Positions 23,601 to 38,600 of a stretch of DNA of 64,000 bases are shown piece by piece. The DNA lies in assembly GCF_902652985.1 (NCBI RefSeq), contig NC_047016.1, positions 19,034,001 to 19,098,000 on the forward strand. The letters run 5' to 3'. Origin of the DNA: Pecten maximus. Its lineage: Eukaryota. Under the pieces are notes generated by a model. It saw only the letters and a program-made list of their open reading frames with translations, was not told the DNA's origin and searched no databases. A program made the translations under genes and the position numbers. Each line of letters starts with the position of its first letter. The stretch's first letter is position 1.

Positions 23601-26600
23601 CCTCCCATCTTCCTCTGTAGGACAGGTCAGCAAGTGGATAAAATGAAAGGCAGATGATAGAAGAGACAGAAAAGTGGTAAACTTATAAGGCAGTTGTAAT
23701 ATAGGGGAAAGACATGAAAGTGGAAAAGCAAGGGAAGTTCTACAGAGCAGGGGAGGTAGTACAAAGAAGGAATAGGCAATGGGGTAATACAGAGAAGGGA
23801 TAGGCAAGGGAGGTAATGTAGAGAAGGGATAGGAAAGGGAGGTAATGTAGAGAAGGGATAGGCAAGGGGGTAATATAGAGAAGGGATAGGCAAGGGAGGT
23901 TAATATAGAGAAGAGGTAAGCAAGGGAGGTAATGTAGAGAAGAGGTAAGCAAGGGAGGTAATGTAGAGAGGGGATAGGCAAGGAGGTAATACAGAGAAGG
24001 GATAGGCAAATGAGGTAATATAGAGAAGGGGTAAGCAAGGGAGGTAATGTAGAGAAGGGATATGCAAGAGAGGTTAATATAGAGAAGGGATAGGCAAGGG
24101 AGGGTAATGCAAAGAAGGGGTAAGCAAGGGAGGTAATATAGAGAAGGGATATGCAAGAGAGGTTAATATAGAGAAGGGATAGGCAAGGGGGGTAATGTAG
24201 AGATGGGATAGGCAAGGGAGGTAATGTAGAGATGGGATAGGCAAGGGGGGTAATGTAGAGATGGGATAGGCAAGGGGGGTAATGCAAAGAAGGGGTAGGC
24301 AAGGGAGGTAATATAGAGAAGGGATAGGCAAGGGGGTAATATAGAGAAGGGATAGGCAAGGGGTAATATAGAGAAGGGATAGGCAAATGAGGTAATATAG
24401 AGAAGGGATAGGCAAGGGGGTAATATAGAGAAGGGATAGGCAAGAGTAATATAGAGAAGAGGTAAGCAAGGGAGGTAATACAAAGGGATAGGCAAGGGAG
24501 GTTAATATAGAGAAGGGGTAAGCAAGGGAGGTAATACAAAGAAGGGGGGTAACATAGAGAAGGGAAAGGAAAGGGAGGAAATACACAGAAGGGAAAGGAA
24601 AGGGAGGTAATACAGAGAAGAGATAGGCAAGGGAGCTTAAACGGAGAAGGGATAAGTAAGGGTGGTAATACAGAGGACTGATAGCAGCTAGGAAATACAG
24701 AGAAAGGGTTAGCAAGGAAGAGATATGCAATAAAGGTAATACAGAGAATTATATTGCAGAAAAAGGGACGGGGAAGGGAGGTAATACAGACAAAGGATAA
24801 GCATGGAAGGTATAACAGAGAAATGACATGGAAGGTGATACAAAGAAGGGACAGGCAAGGGAGGTAATATAGAAAAGGGACAGGCAAGGGAGGTAATATA
24901 GAGATATGAAATTAGAGGAGGCAGGGTTGTAATACAGAGAAGGGGTTAGCATAGAAGGTGATACAAAGAAGGGACAGGCAAGGGAGGTAATATAGAGATA
25001 TGAAATTAGAGGAGGCAGGGTTGTAATACAGAGAAGGGGTTAGCATAGAAGGTGATACAAAGAAGGGACGGGCAAGGGAGGTAATATAGAGAATTGAAAT
25101 AAGAGGAGGCAGGGTTGTCATACAGAGGGGGTTAGCATGGAAGGTGATACACAGAAGGGGCGGGCAAGGGAGAACAGGATTGAGATGGAAGACAGGTCAG
25201 GCAGGCAACAAGAAAATAACAATAAAGCAAAGAATTGGGTTTTAAGTTGGATACAGGTCAGGCAGGAGGCTGGAGGGGTGTTGAGGTAGCCGGTGAAGGT
25301 CATCAGGCAGAAAAGGGCATGGCTGGAGGGGTGTTGAGGGAGCTGGTGAAAGTTTTCAAAATGAAGATGATGTGACTGGAAGGATGTTGATGCAGCTGAA
25401 GCAGGTGTGCCAGGCCAATCCAGGACTGCTTTCCCCACACAAAGTCATGCATGACCACACCGGGTAAGGAAAACTCTCCTTACCAGTGGATGTGTTTTGC
25501 CTGACATACGGACGATGTTTTCTGCACTGGCAGCTCTGTTCATTGCCTGCTGTATATCTGGGTCACTCAAAAGATTCACACTAACCCTGTTGTATGCTAA
25601 CTCTACATCAGAGTCATCATAAACTTTTTCTTCTACCATTATCATCTTGTATCTTGAAATCCTACAAAAGATGAAACATCAAAGGTGAAAATAATAACAT
25701 AATTTTAATTTTTCTATCAGAAACAATCATATCAGAAATTTTAACCAAAACATTATATGATGGTTTTTAATGTCTTTATTTAAGATAAAATCAATTATCA
25801 TTTGGGAAAATGTTTATAAAATGGTCACATATATATCCAATATAGAGTTGGCAAGGTGTTATACATATGTATTAATTACCTGTCCTGTGATGAAGACGGC
25901 ACAATCAGCTTGTCACCTGTTGGTGACGACAAGGCTGAAGGTCGGGGAGGCTAGAAAACAAGGCAAATGAAATATGTAATGAAGAGTAAATCAGCAGCCA
26001 ATAACATATTAATACCTGATAGAAATGAGAGTAGTCATCCACAATGTTGATATCCTGTTTTTATCATCAATTCTAAACCTTCTCTAATAGACAATTGGAC
26101 GATGAAAAATATGATCCATTAACTTGATTTATCTTTAAGTCTTTGGCTCCTAAAATGGAAAAATATACCCCAAAAAATCCTTAATAACTTGTTCTGTCTC
26201 AGTGTCTGGGATCAGCTTGGTACAGCCTCAATCAATCAGAATATCCTCATATAGGATATCATCATTTGGGGAAACAGGTTTGAAAATAATGATAGAGATG
26301 AGAAAAGGAGTTGAAACCAGAAAGAAAATATACAAATTAATTATCAATACATTAAATAATCCAATGAATTAAGGTGATACTTGTGTCATAACACATTATA
26401 TTAAGATGATGTTTATATGAATCCCAAAATCATAATTTTTTTAAAACTCCTAGCTTTTTCTTCAAAAGAATCACATCCCAAGTCATGGAACGGGAATCGC
26501 AGACAGGCTACTTCATATGAAATAAAACCCTGATGATTGGCAACTACATTTCATGATCAAGATGTTCTAATGTCACAGCCCTATATCTGACACTTGGATT

Positions 26601-29600
26601 CAAAGTTGAGAGAAATACAATTTTTAAAATTTTTTGTCCTTATAAAGTCACTAAGCATGATCAGTGTAGAAATGTCCGTTAGATTCTCGAACTAAATAAA
26701 AATGTTGGATATGTTTTAGTTAATAAGAGGTTTAATACTAATCTGAACTTCCATTCTGATGAAGCAACAGGGAATTACCCTATGCTAACACTATCTGTTC
26801 AGAGCCATTTGATTTTACTATGATTTATCAAAAACAGCATGGCCATTCCTAGGGAAAATTCATATTGAACAAATTCCCATGAAATTTGGTCTTATCTATA
26901 AAACTTAAAAAGCCCACAAATTTAAGTTCCATACCTCATTTGGCTTCATGAACCAGAATTCCTAATATGGAGCCTGACAATTTTATTTCGAACATGTGAT
27001 AAAAAAAACATTACCAGTATGTAGTATAGCTGAGTTAAGATATATATAGGGAATACATAAACATGCAACAAGTACATGCGAGTCATGCTTACAAATGACA
27101 ACCAAGCAATTTTTACATTCAAGCAATAAGATAACTTGATGGAATGATCAATATTGATTGATCAAAATTTAAAAGAAAATGTATATATAAAAAGCAACAA
27201 GAAAAAAAAATATTAAAATAAAATAAAAAAAATAAAAAAATAAAAAATGAAATTAATATTTGGAAAGAGTTAGTTATACTTGAAATATGTGTACATTCTA
27301 TTGTACATATTTGTACCTGTAAATATATATAACCTGAATGTTACGGAGAAAATAAGTCTATTCTTTTATTCTTTCATTTCTCTATTTCTGGAGTATACGA
27401 TAGAGCTGAAGTTTTTGATTTCTGGTGAGAAGAGAAATCAACATATTCCAGTCTCTATAAAACCCACTGACTGGTTAATTCCATGAATATGACAGATGAG
27501 AACTGTGTGCCTCGAAATTGACCTTGACCTCTGGCTACTAGTCCCCAAATAATGAGTACCTATATAATGACATAATTTTAACTAACTTTACATGAAACTT
27601 TTCTAAAATTTGGAGCCATAGATAGTATAGACAATTATGTTAAGTCCTGACACAGTGTTGGTAAAAGTTGCTATGATCTTGTCTTGTGACATTTTAAGCG
27701 AAAACTTTTAAAGTTCCTCCACATTCTATGTATAATAATTACAATGATGAGTTTTGAGAAAGAATGAGAGCAATGCAAAGTATGATTCAATATCGTCCAC
27801 AGTTAGACATTGTGATTCCAGTATCCACCATCCTACATTTTCATTTACTTAGGGTGTTGGATCTCTTCCTTTGTATCTCCCTGATAAAAATGGTAGGTGT
27901 AAGAGAAAGCCCCTATATATTGATGAGATAGACCCAGTCTGATATCCCCTGTATATTGATGAGATAGACCCAGTCTGATAACCCCTGTATATTGATGAGA
28001 TAGACCCAGTCTGATATCCCCTGTATATTGTTGAGACAGACCCAGTCTGATATCCCCTGTATATTGTTTAGACAGACCCAGTCTGATATCCCCCGTATAT
28101 TGATGAGATAGACCCAGTCTGATATCCCCGGTATATTGTTGAGATAGACCCAGTCTGATAACCCCTGTATATTAATGAGATAGACCCAGTCTGATATCCC
28201 CTGTATATTGTTGAGATAGACCCAGTCTGATATCCCCTGTATATTGTTGAGGCTAACCAGTCTGATATCCCCTGTATATTGATGAGACAGACCCAGTCTG
28301 ATATCCCCTGTATATTGATGAGATAGACCCAGTCTGATATCCCCGGTATATTGTTGAGATAGACCCAGTCTGATATCCCCTGTATATTGATGAGACTGAC
28401 CCAGTCTGATATCCCCTGTATATTGATGAGACAGACCCAGTCTATTATCCCCTGTATATTGATGAGACTGACCCAGTCTGATATCCCCTGTATATTGTTG
28501 AGACAGACCTAGTCTGATATCCCCTGTATATTGTTTAGACTGACCCAGTCTGATATCCCCTGTATATTGTTTAGACTGACCCAGTCTGATATCCCCTGTA
28601 TATTAATGAAACTGACCCAGTCTGATATCCCCTGTATATTGTTGAGATAGACCCAGTCTGATATCCCCTGTATATTGATGAGACTGACCCAGTCTGATAT
28701 CCCCTGTATATTGATGAGACAGACCCAGTCTGATATCCCCTGTATATTGATGAGACTGACCCAGTCTGATATCCCCTGTATATTGTTGAGACAGACCCAG
28801 TCTGATATCCCCTGTATATTGTTGAGACAGACCCAGTCTGATATCCCCTGTATATTGTTGAGATAGACCCAGTCTGATATCCCCTGTATATTGTTGAGAT
28901 AGACCCAGTCTGATAACCCCTGTATATTAATGAGACAGACCCAGTCTGATATCCCCTGTATATTGATGAGACTGACCCAGTCTGATATCCCCTGTATATT
29001 GTTGAGATAGATCCAGTCTGATATCCCCTGTATATTAATGAGACAGACCCAGTCTGATATCCCCGGTATATTGTTGAGATAGATCCAGTCTGATATCCCC
29101 TGTATATTAATGAGACTGACCCAGTCTGATATCCCTTGTATATTGTTTAGACTGACCCAGTCTGATATCCCCTGTATATTAATGAGACTGACCCAGTCTG
29201 ATATCCCCTGTATATTGTTGAGATAGATCCAGTCTGATATCCCCTGTATATTAATGAGACAGACCCAGTCTGATATCCCCTGTATATTGATGAGACTGAC
29301 CCAGTCTGATATCCCCTGTATATTGTTGAGATAGATCCAGTCTGATATCCCTGTATATTGTTTAGATAGACCCAGTCTGATATCCCCTGTATATTAATGA
29401 GACTGACCCAGTCTGATATCCCTTGTATATTTTTTAGACTGACCCAGTCTGATATCCCCTGTATATTGATGAGACTGACCCAGTCTGATATCCCCCTGTA
29501 TATTTATGAGACAGACCCAGTCTGATATCCCCTGTATATTAATGAGACAGACCCAGTCTGATATCCCCTGTATATTGTTGAGGTAGACCCAGTCTGATAA

Positions 29601-32600
29601 CCCCTGTATATTAATGAGATAGACCCATTCTGATATCCCCTGTATATTGTTGAGACTGACCCAGTCTGATATCCCCTGTATATTAATGAGATAGACCCAG
29701 TCTGACATCCCATGTTTATTAATGAGACAGACCCAGTCTGATATCCCCGGTATATTGTTGAGACTGACCCAGTCTGATATCCCCTGTATATTAATGAGAT
29801 AGACCCAGTCTGATATCCCCTTGATATTGTTGAGATAGACCCAGTCTGACATCCCCTGTATATTGTTGAGACAGACCCAGTCTGATATCCCCGGTATATT
29901 GTTGAGATAGACCCAGTCTGATAACCCCTGTATATTAATGAGATAGACCCAGTCTGATATCCCCTGTATATTGTTGAGACTGACCCAGTCTGATATCCCC
30001 CTGTATATTTATGAGACAGACCCAGTCTGATATCCCCTGTATATTAATGAGACAGACCCAGTCTGATATCCCCTGTATATTGTTTAGACTGACCCAGTCT
30101 GATATCCCCTGTATATTGATGAGACAGACCCAGTCTGATATCCCCTGTATATTAATGAGACAGACCCAGTCTGATATCCCCTGTATATTGTTGAGATAGA
30201 CCCAGTCTGATAACCCCTGTATATTAATGAGATAGACCCAGTCTGATATCCCCTGTATATTGTTGAGACTGACCCAGTCTGATATCCCCTGTATATTAAT
30301 GAGATAGACCCAGTCTGACATCCCATGTTTATTAATGAGACAGACCCAGTCTGATATCCCCTGTATATTGTTGAGACTGACCCAGTCTGATATCCCCTGT
30401 ATATTAATGAGATAGACCCAGTCTGATATCCCCTTGATATTGTTGAGATAGACCCAGTCTGACATCCCCTGTATATTGTTGAGACAGACCCAGTCTGATA
30501 TCCCCGGTATATTGTTGAGATAGACCCAGTCTGATATCCCCTGTATATTGATGAGACAGACCCAGTCTGATATCCCCTGTATATTAATGAGACTGACCCA
30601 GTCTGATATCCCCTGTATATTTATGAGACAGTTTCTGTTTTGTGAGCATGTATTAGGATATAACTTACACGCATTGTTTTCAGAGGCTGGCCTATTACAG
30701 TAGAGGGGCGATTGCGGGAAGTCATTTTTGGGGTGGACGGAGATTTCACACTTTTTGTCTTCATATTAGCAGGTTCATCCTCCTGGAACAAGCAAATTAT
30801 GATGAAGCGCGCATGCTTATAAATGCTTGTGACTTGACAATATGTTTAAATGCTTCTCATTTTCTGCATTTACCACATCCTCTTAGGACACATCTGGCAG
30901 CAAACACGATCCCATTGTTAGTGTGTCATACAGATACACGATGCCATAAAGTGACACAATCATTGCAGCATTTGAAGTTAAACCAATACACCTACATTCT
31001 CCTGTTACAATACCTTCTGTACAGTATGTAAAATGGCAAGGTGCATTCTCTTTTATACCAAAAAGCTTTGATTTTATATATTTAAAAAAAAAAAAAATGA
31101 AAAAGAACAAAAGAGACTGATCCCCATGGAGACCAGCTTGTTAATGTATTATAACCTGTCTTAGTGTCTTACACAGCATATGTATTGGAAATTACATAAC
31201 ACTCATCAGTATTTCATACCATGGCCATTTTGTCATACTTTTCTAGTTGTAAAGAAACATTGTATCCCCTTGTATGTCTAGTGCCCCTATTTTAGTAAAC
31301 TTTGTGCCTTATGAAGGTCAAAGGTCAAAATATGCTACTTTTGGTATAAGACAATTTCACTAAAAGACACCTGTCACAAACAAGTCTTGAAAAATTTGTG
31401 AAAAATAGTTAAGGTGATGGCTCCAAAAACTATCGATTTATGGAGAAAATAATGGACAATGAGAGTACCATACCTCCTTTTATTTTCAAATTGTTGGTTT
31501 ATAGATTATAGTTATTTTGTACCTTCATCCTTGGATTTCCTGTAAACAAAAAACAACATGCTGCCTACTTATCAACATATCTCTTTCATAACATTCTTTT
31601 GCTGAACAATTATTGTGACCTTTGACCTTAATACTGCACTGACATTGATTGGCAATGGTAAATACAGATGGAATAACCAAATATCCTCAAATCTATGAAG
31701 AATCGTTCTCCATAAACAATTTTGAGCTACTCTTGTATCCAAAGCATGGCCCATCATCTAACCATATACATGTTATTATTTATACTAATACTCTTTATTT
31801 ACATCAATTGATTGGGCAAGGGTGATTATGTTTGGGACAAGAAATCTTTGACCTAAAGCCAAAACTAATGCTACCTTAACTCTGAAGAAAATGTAATACC
31901 TCAGAAACTATAATATTTTATACATGTGATGTTTTTGTGTTAACTATTTTATTACCAATGACAAGTCTGTTAAAGATGCTATTAAATATAATTAGATAAA
32001 TAATTGGTGTTACATTCTAAGTGACAGAGATGAGTGGATCCTCCTGAGCCCAACATTAACAAGATTTGTAGTGTTACATGGTTTATTATGTTTGTAAGTC
32101 AAACCTGTGCTAAAGACCACCAAAATTTATGATCCAAACTATGATAGGCCACCTCTACAATATTATCACCTGTATGACGGATCACCTCTACAATATTATC
32201 ACCTGTATGACGGATCACCTCCACAATATTATCACCTGTATGATGGGTCACCTCTACAATATTATCACCTGTATGACGGATCACCTCCACAATATTATCA
32301 CCTGTATGACGGATCACCTCTACAATATTATCACCTGTATGACGGATCACCTCCACAATATTATCACCTGTATAACGGATCACCTCTACAATATTATCAC
32401 CTGTATGACGGGTCACCTCTACAATATTATCACCTGTATGATGGGTCACCCCTACAATATTATCACCTGTATGACGGGTCACCTCTACAATATCATCACC
32501 TGTATGACGGATCACCCCTACAATATTATCACCTGTATGACAGATCACCTCTACAATATTATCACCTGTATGAAGGATCACCTCTACAATATTATCACCT

Positions 32601-35600
32601 GTATGATGGGTCACCCCTACAATATTATCACCTGTATGACGGGTCACCTCTACAATATCATCACCTGTATGACGGATCACCTCTACAATATCATCACCTG
32701 TATGACGGATCACCTCTACAATATTATCACCTGTATGATGGGTCACCTCTACAATATTATCACCTGTATGACGGATCACCTCTACAATATCATCACCTGT
32801 ATGATGGGTCACCCCTACAATATTATCACCTGTATGACGGGTCATACCCCTACAATATTATCACCTGTATGATGGATCACCTCTACAATATGACCACCTG
32901 TATGATGGGTCACCCCTACAATATTATCACCTGTATGATGGGTCACCTCTACAATATTATCACCTGTATGATGGATCACCTCTACAATATTATCACCTGT
33001 ATGATGGGTCACCTCTACAATATTATCACCTGTATGATGGGTCACCCCTACAATATGATCACCTGTATGACAGATCAACTCTACAATATTATCACCTGTA
33101 TGATGGGTCACCCCTACAATATTATCACCTGTATGACGGGTCACCTGACCAATATTATCACCTGTATGATGGGTCACCCCTACAATATTATCACCTGTAT
33201 GATGGGTCACCCCTACAATATTATCACCTGTATGACGGGTCATACCCCTACAATATTATCACCTGTATGACGGGTCATACCCCTACAATATTATCACCTG
33301 TATGACGGGTCATACCCCTACAATATTATCACCTGTATGATGGGTCACCTCTACAATATTATCACCTGTATGATGGGTCACCTCTACAATATTATCACCT
33401 GTATGACGGGTCACCTCACCAATATTATCACCTGTATGACAGATCATCTCTACAATATTATCACCTGTATGACAAGTCACCTCTACAATATTATCACCTG
33501 TATGACAGATCACCTCTACAATATTATCACCTGTATGATGGGTCAACTCTACAATATTATCACCTGTATGACGGGTCACCTCACCAATATTATCACCTGT
33601 ATGATGGGTCACCTCTACAATATTTTCACCTGTATGACAGATCATCTCTACAATGGTCCTTAGGACAGGTTTGACTGTGTATAATGATGAACTGTTTCAT
33701 GTGACAAGCTGAGTTTCATAAAAGGTCCCTAAGACAGGTTTGACTATGCATGATAAATTTGAAGCATGGTTAGCTTTGACCTGAAGAACAATATTTCCAT
33801 ATAATCTTTGTAAAGGCAGGCAGATCTTTGTTGGAAATGCCACAGTGCATATGAAAGCTAAATAGTTGCAAAAAAAAAAAAAAAATCATAATAATAAACA
33901 TAAATAAATCAACTAAAAATTTTGATCACAATAATTCCATCAAGTGGCACTAACTGGCATCTGCTCCAAAGCCCACACTTAGTTCTGTCTGGGTATGCTA
34001 GGATAGGGCTGGAGCTGACTTGTGTAGGAAACTGACTGTCAGACTTAGAAACTACTAGAAAATACTTAAACCACACAGGGTCGGGGAACATCATCAGAAA
34101 TCTAATCAAATATGAACGGGACAGACTATGAACATAAAATTTCTGTAAGTATAATTAATAGTTCCTTACATGTCAGCTCCAAGTAGTCACCGAAACCAGT
34201 TAATATACTGGGATGGCAGGGGAGGTGATTAGGCAATGTGGGTGTTCACAGGGACACACAACATATATAGCCAACATATAGCTCAGGAAACCTTCTAGTG
34301 AACCTTCAACCACAGTCTAGTACAACAAAACTAGTTTGGAAAAGGAAATACTATTTCATTGGAACATTTTTTTTAATTAATTTTCCAGAAAATGTGTAAG
34401 TATTTCACTAGAGTGTTACCCTAAAATTCCCAACATACAGGGACAAGACCATTGATGAGTTAAATACTCATTAATATATATATTAAGATGAATTATTAAT
34501 TAACATAATCTTAAGATTCACCTCCAGCAACGTTCTGTACGGTGGTAACGGTTCCTGGACATCAAATATAAAGATCTTATAACATGTTATATATAGTATC
34601 ATACCAAACAAGGATATTTAGTATATAAAAGGCCCAAGTGTCCTGTATTGCTCACCTGTTATCTTCGGATGTTGACAAAATCTATTATTAGTAAAGTTAG
34701 GAAAGTGACTTAACAGGAGGATTTGTTTTTCTTGTATCTTATTGGTTTTTCATTAACATAATCCTTTATACCTGCTATCTCCAGGGCAAAAACAAGACAT
34801 CTAAGTCACAATGGATCACTAAATACACAAATGACACCGTGTGACCTTACGGGTCAATTGGAATGACATAATTCATTAAAATACATTCATCAAATCAATA
34901 AATTGGTACTAGACTGACAGATGATGTGTCAAAACATTAGTAACCATGCAGAACGGCCAAGGTGTATAATGGTGAAACAACGAACCTAGCTGATAAAGTT
35001 TTATCAACATAACACTGAACCTATTAGTAGAACACTACAAAAATATACAGAATACTGAAAGTAATATGTGATTGTCCATAAACAAAAACCTGCTGTGACA
35101 TCCTTGGTAATCATATGACTACACTATACTCTATATGTCAGCATGTTAATTTGAAATTGAGATATTGTCACATATATTTTACAAACCAAACAAAATTTCT
35201 ATATCTCCATGTACAGTATTAAAAAAACACCACTATATCATTCAAACTACCAAGGACAACCAATAGACAAGAGGTAGGGCTATAGTCTGCCCAAAGGTAT
35301 AGAGGAACAACACCACACTACAAACACCCATCATCACATGTATCTACACAATATATATGTTACATGCTGTACCTACCTTCTTTAGATCAGCCATTTTATT
35401 CTTTATACCTGTGTAAGCTCTCTTGCCCTGTGACTTGACCTACAAACAGAAAACAGGAGATTGAAACAAATCCACTGTTAGATATCCCTGGGATGTGACA
35501 GAACACTGAACTTGGGTGGGTGGGGGAATGGTTGCACTATAATGTCTCAATCTTGGAGGAGGTAGTGCATATAAGTTGAGTAGGTGTGAGGCATAACTTT

Positions 35601-38600
35601 CATAATCTTAAGGGAATGCAGTGATTAGATATTAATGAGCAAAAGCTGAGGTTGGGGATACATTCATTACCTCACAACAACCCTGGACCGACAGGTTATC
35701 CAGCGGAATGTCAATTCCTAATCTCCAATATCTAGGATAGTAACGACTGTCAGGATCTTTATAGAATGGTCAGTTATTAAAGATATTACCATGGTAACCG
35801 ATTCCTTTGACATAAATAACAACCACTGATAGTTACAGCTGTATACAAGTATACATCTACCATCTGATATTTCTTCTGAAGCTTGACAATATCAGCTACA
35901 TTGGTACATCTGTATGAAATGGTCAATTGTATAATGATTTTTATTATCACAATATAATCTACATGCCATTAACAGAACATTTACTACATGTATATCATAC
36001 AGAATATACATTGGTATCATCATACAGAACATTTACTACCATCACACAGAACATTTACTACCATCACACAGAACATTAACTACCATCACACAGAATATTT
36101 ACTACCATCACACAGAACATTTACTACCATCACACAGAATATTTACTACCATCATACAGAACATTTACTACTATCATACAGAATATTTACTACCATCATA
36201 CAGAACATTTACTACCATCATACAGAACATTTACTACTAGAATGCAGAACATTTACTACTATTATACTGAATATTTACTACCAAAATCACAGAGAACATT
36301 TACTACCATCACAGAGAACATTGGTAGCGTCATACAGAACATTTACTACTATTATACAAAACATTTACTACCATCACAGAGAATAATCACTACCATCACA
36401 GAGAACACTGGTAGCGTCATACAGAATATTTACTACTATCGTACAGAGGATACTGTAAAAGCATAAAATTTCGTTAATTGCGTGGTTTTTGAAAACCCAT
36501 GAAACAAAATCCTGACAAAATTTTGACCACACAAAATAAAATCTAAACGACTATATATGCAATAAATTAAGGACTTAAATTTGAACATCTGTGGTATGTA
36601 CACATGGTGAAGACATATAGACCATTATTTGAAACAATACATTTCATTGGCTATCAGTATGTTAACACCTGTCATTGATTATTAAAATCCCTGAATGGAC
36701 ACAATTAATCCATTTAAAGGTGTCTGTAATACCAGCCTGTCTGAAGCCATCTATAAAGCTACATGATGTTAGTCACGCATCAGTTCATTAATAGATTAGA
36801 TAGCCCTAAGTTTCATATGAATTGTTTAAACGAATTGACTAAGTTTTTCACTCAATTTCAAAGGTCTGCCCAAGGTTTTGTCAGCATTTAATCTTCCTAA
36901 GACTTGTGATTCTGTCCTCAGTATTAAATTTTACTCTATTTTGATATTTGTCTCGCATACATGATGGTATGTACTGTAGTTTCAAAGATTCTACTTGTCA
37001 AAGTTACTGTCAGGGTAATTGTATGAAGTGAGCATAATCTAACCGTATCATGTAAATTGTGTATAACTGTCAAGCGTGACGATTTGATTGACCCCTAGCT
37101 CACTCCACCTGTGCATATTTACCTGTGTTTTGTTGCAATGCTTTTCACTCACTTAATTTTACCTACCAGACACCCAATTTAATATATTATACACATGTAG
37201 TACACATCTATTTTAAAACCTAACCCCACAAAATACGAAATACTGAATCCATGAAATATAATCCAAACAAAATTTGTTAATAGACATAAACTACGAAATT
37301 AACCCCAACAAAATTCAATGCTTTTACAGTACTTCCATTACACAGAATATTTACTATACCCTCACACAGAATTCTGACAAACATTTTATAAAAGTCTTTA
37401 CTACCTACATACAGAACATTTACCAAAATCACAGATTATTTGTCACTAGCTTATACAACAAGTGTTAAATTTACACATATTACAACATGAAACAGGTGCA
37501 CACATTTATGAATTAACTAATAACGAGTTTGTCTGGCATAAAATATTATTATAGTAAGTACATGTACATGTATAAACTGGCATATGTGACACTGATTATA
37601 AGGAGTCTGACTGATAAATTACCATTCCAAAGAAGAGTTTGATAGAAACCACTTTGACACCAAAAACATATACCTGGCACCTATGTAATACAAAAGCATT
37701 TAACATACTAGACAGATGATGAAAACGACAAAGTTTCTGACAAAGACGTCACCATGTTGACAATGAGTCTGACAAGACATTACGCTGATGACAACAACTC
37801 AGTCTGAAAAACACTTTTGAGTCAAAAGATTGACTGACAGAGATGTGATATGTCTTATTCAAGAGTTTGATTGGCTTTGATATACATGTATCAAGATACT
37901 AGTGATAAATATTGTGATTTTTTATTGTTTTAAACACTGTAATTTTAACCCTATTATTACAGATTATCTATATCTAACCAAAACATGCTCCAAATTAGTA
38001 GTCAGTGAGGACATGCTGGTATAGGATCCCACACTTGTAACAGGAATGTGTTATGCAAAATATGACAAAACCAAGTAATATTACAGTAATGTTACAGTGG
38101 TATACTAAATATCTCATCCTTCTGTAGCAATACAGCAACATTAGTATCAATATATCCTGTTAATATATCCGACATTTTTCTGTTGGCTTGTGTCTAGGTG
38201 AATGTCATCAGGAGCTACTGTCTAACTGTAGACAGGCCGTGTATGTGTTGTTATACCTCTGGTAACTTCCCTCCAAAAAAGTGTTAATAAAATAACACTG
38301 TCATGCATTGTATGCAAATCATTAATATTCAAAATCTGAGAAAGGAATGACAATAATCTTTTAGGGACACATCAAATAAAATCATAAAAATATTTTTTTA
38401 TTTTTTCATAATGTACCATTTTTTGTTTATTATATGTTCGATGTTCATGAATGTAGTCTACATTTATACAACTATGAATTTACAATTAAGTGGAATCCAT
38501 TTCATCATACATGTTACCCTCCATGGGTATTTATCTAATTGAGGAGTTAATGATGATAATTTGTATCAAAGTAACTGACAGTAGATGTGAAGAAATCCTC

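Noticed and set aside
23417-23620. Unique island within the purine array as an extra DENND1 exon
   Set aside because: It has an AAG|gtgagc donor, but the two frames I translated from the nearby acceptor contain stops, and exons 20 and 21 already join in phase.
22171-25438. Long minus-strand ORFs (up to 476 aa) rich in L/P/S/Y/C
   Set aside because: They are translations of a pyrimidine-rich minisatellite that is open in several frames at once, with no domain signal and no phase-compatible splice sites.
28675-33663. Repetitive ORFs (ISDWV.., YYHLYDGSPLQ, HTGDNIVEV) resembling repeat or biomineral proteins
   Set aside because: Unit lengths of 36 and 33 bp are multiples of 3, so ORFs arise on both strands. 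The arrays are intronic, one sits inside a MITE, and indels break the frames.
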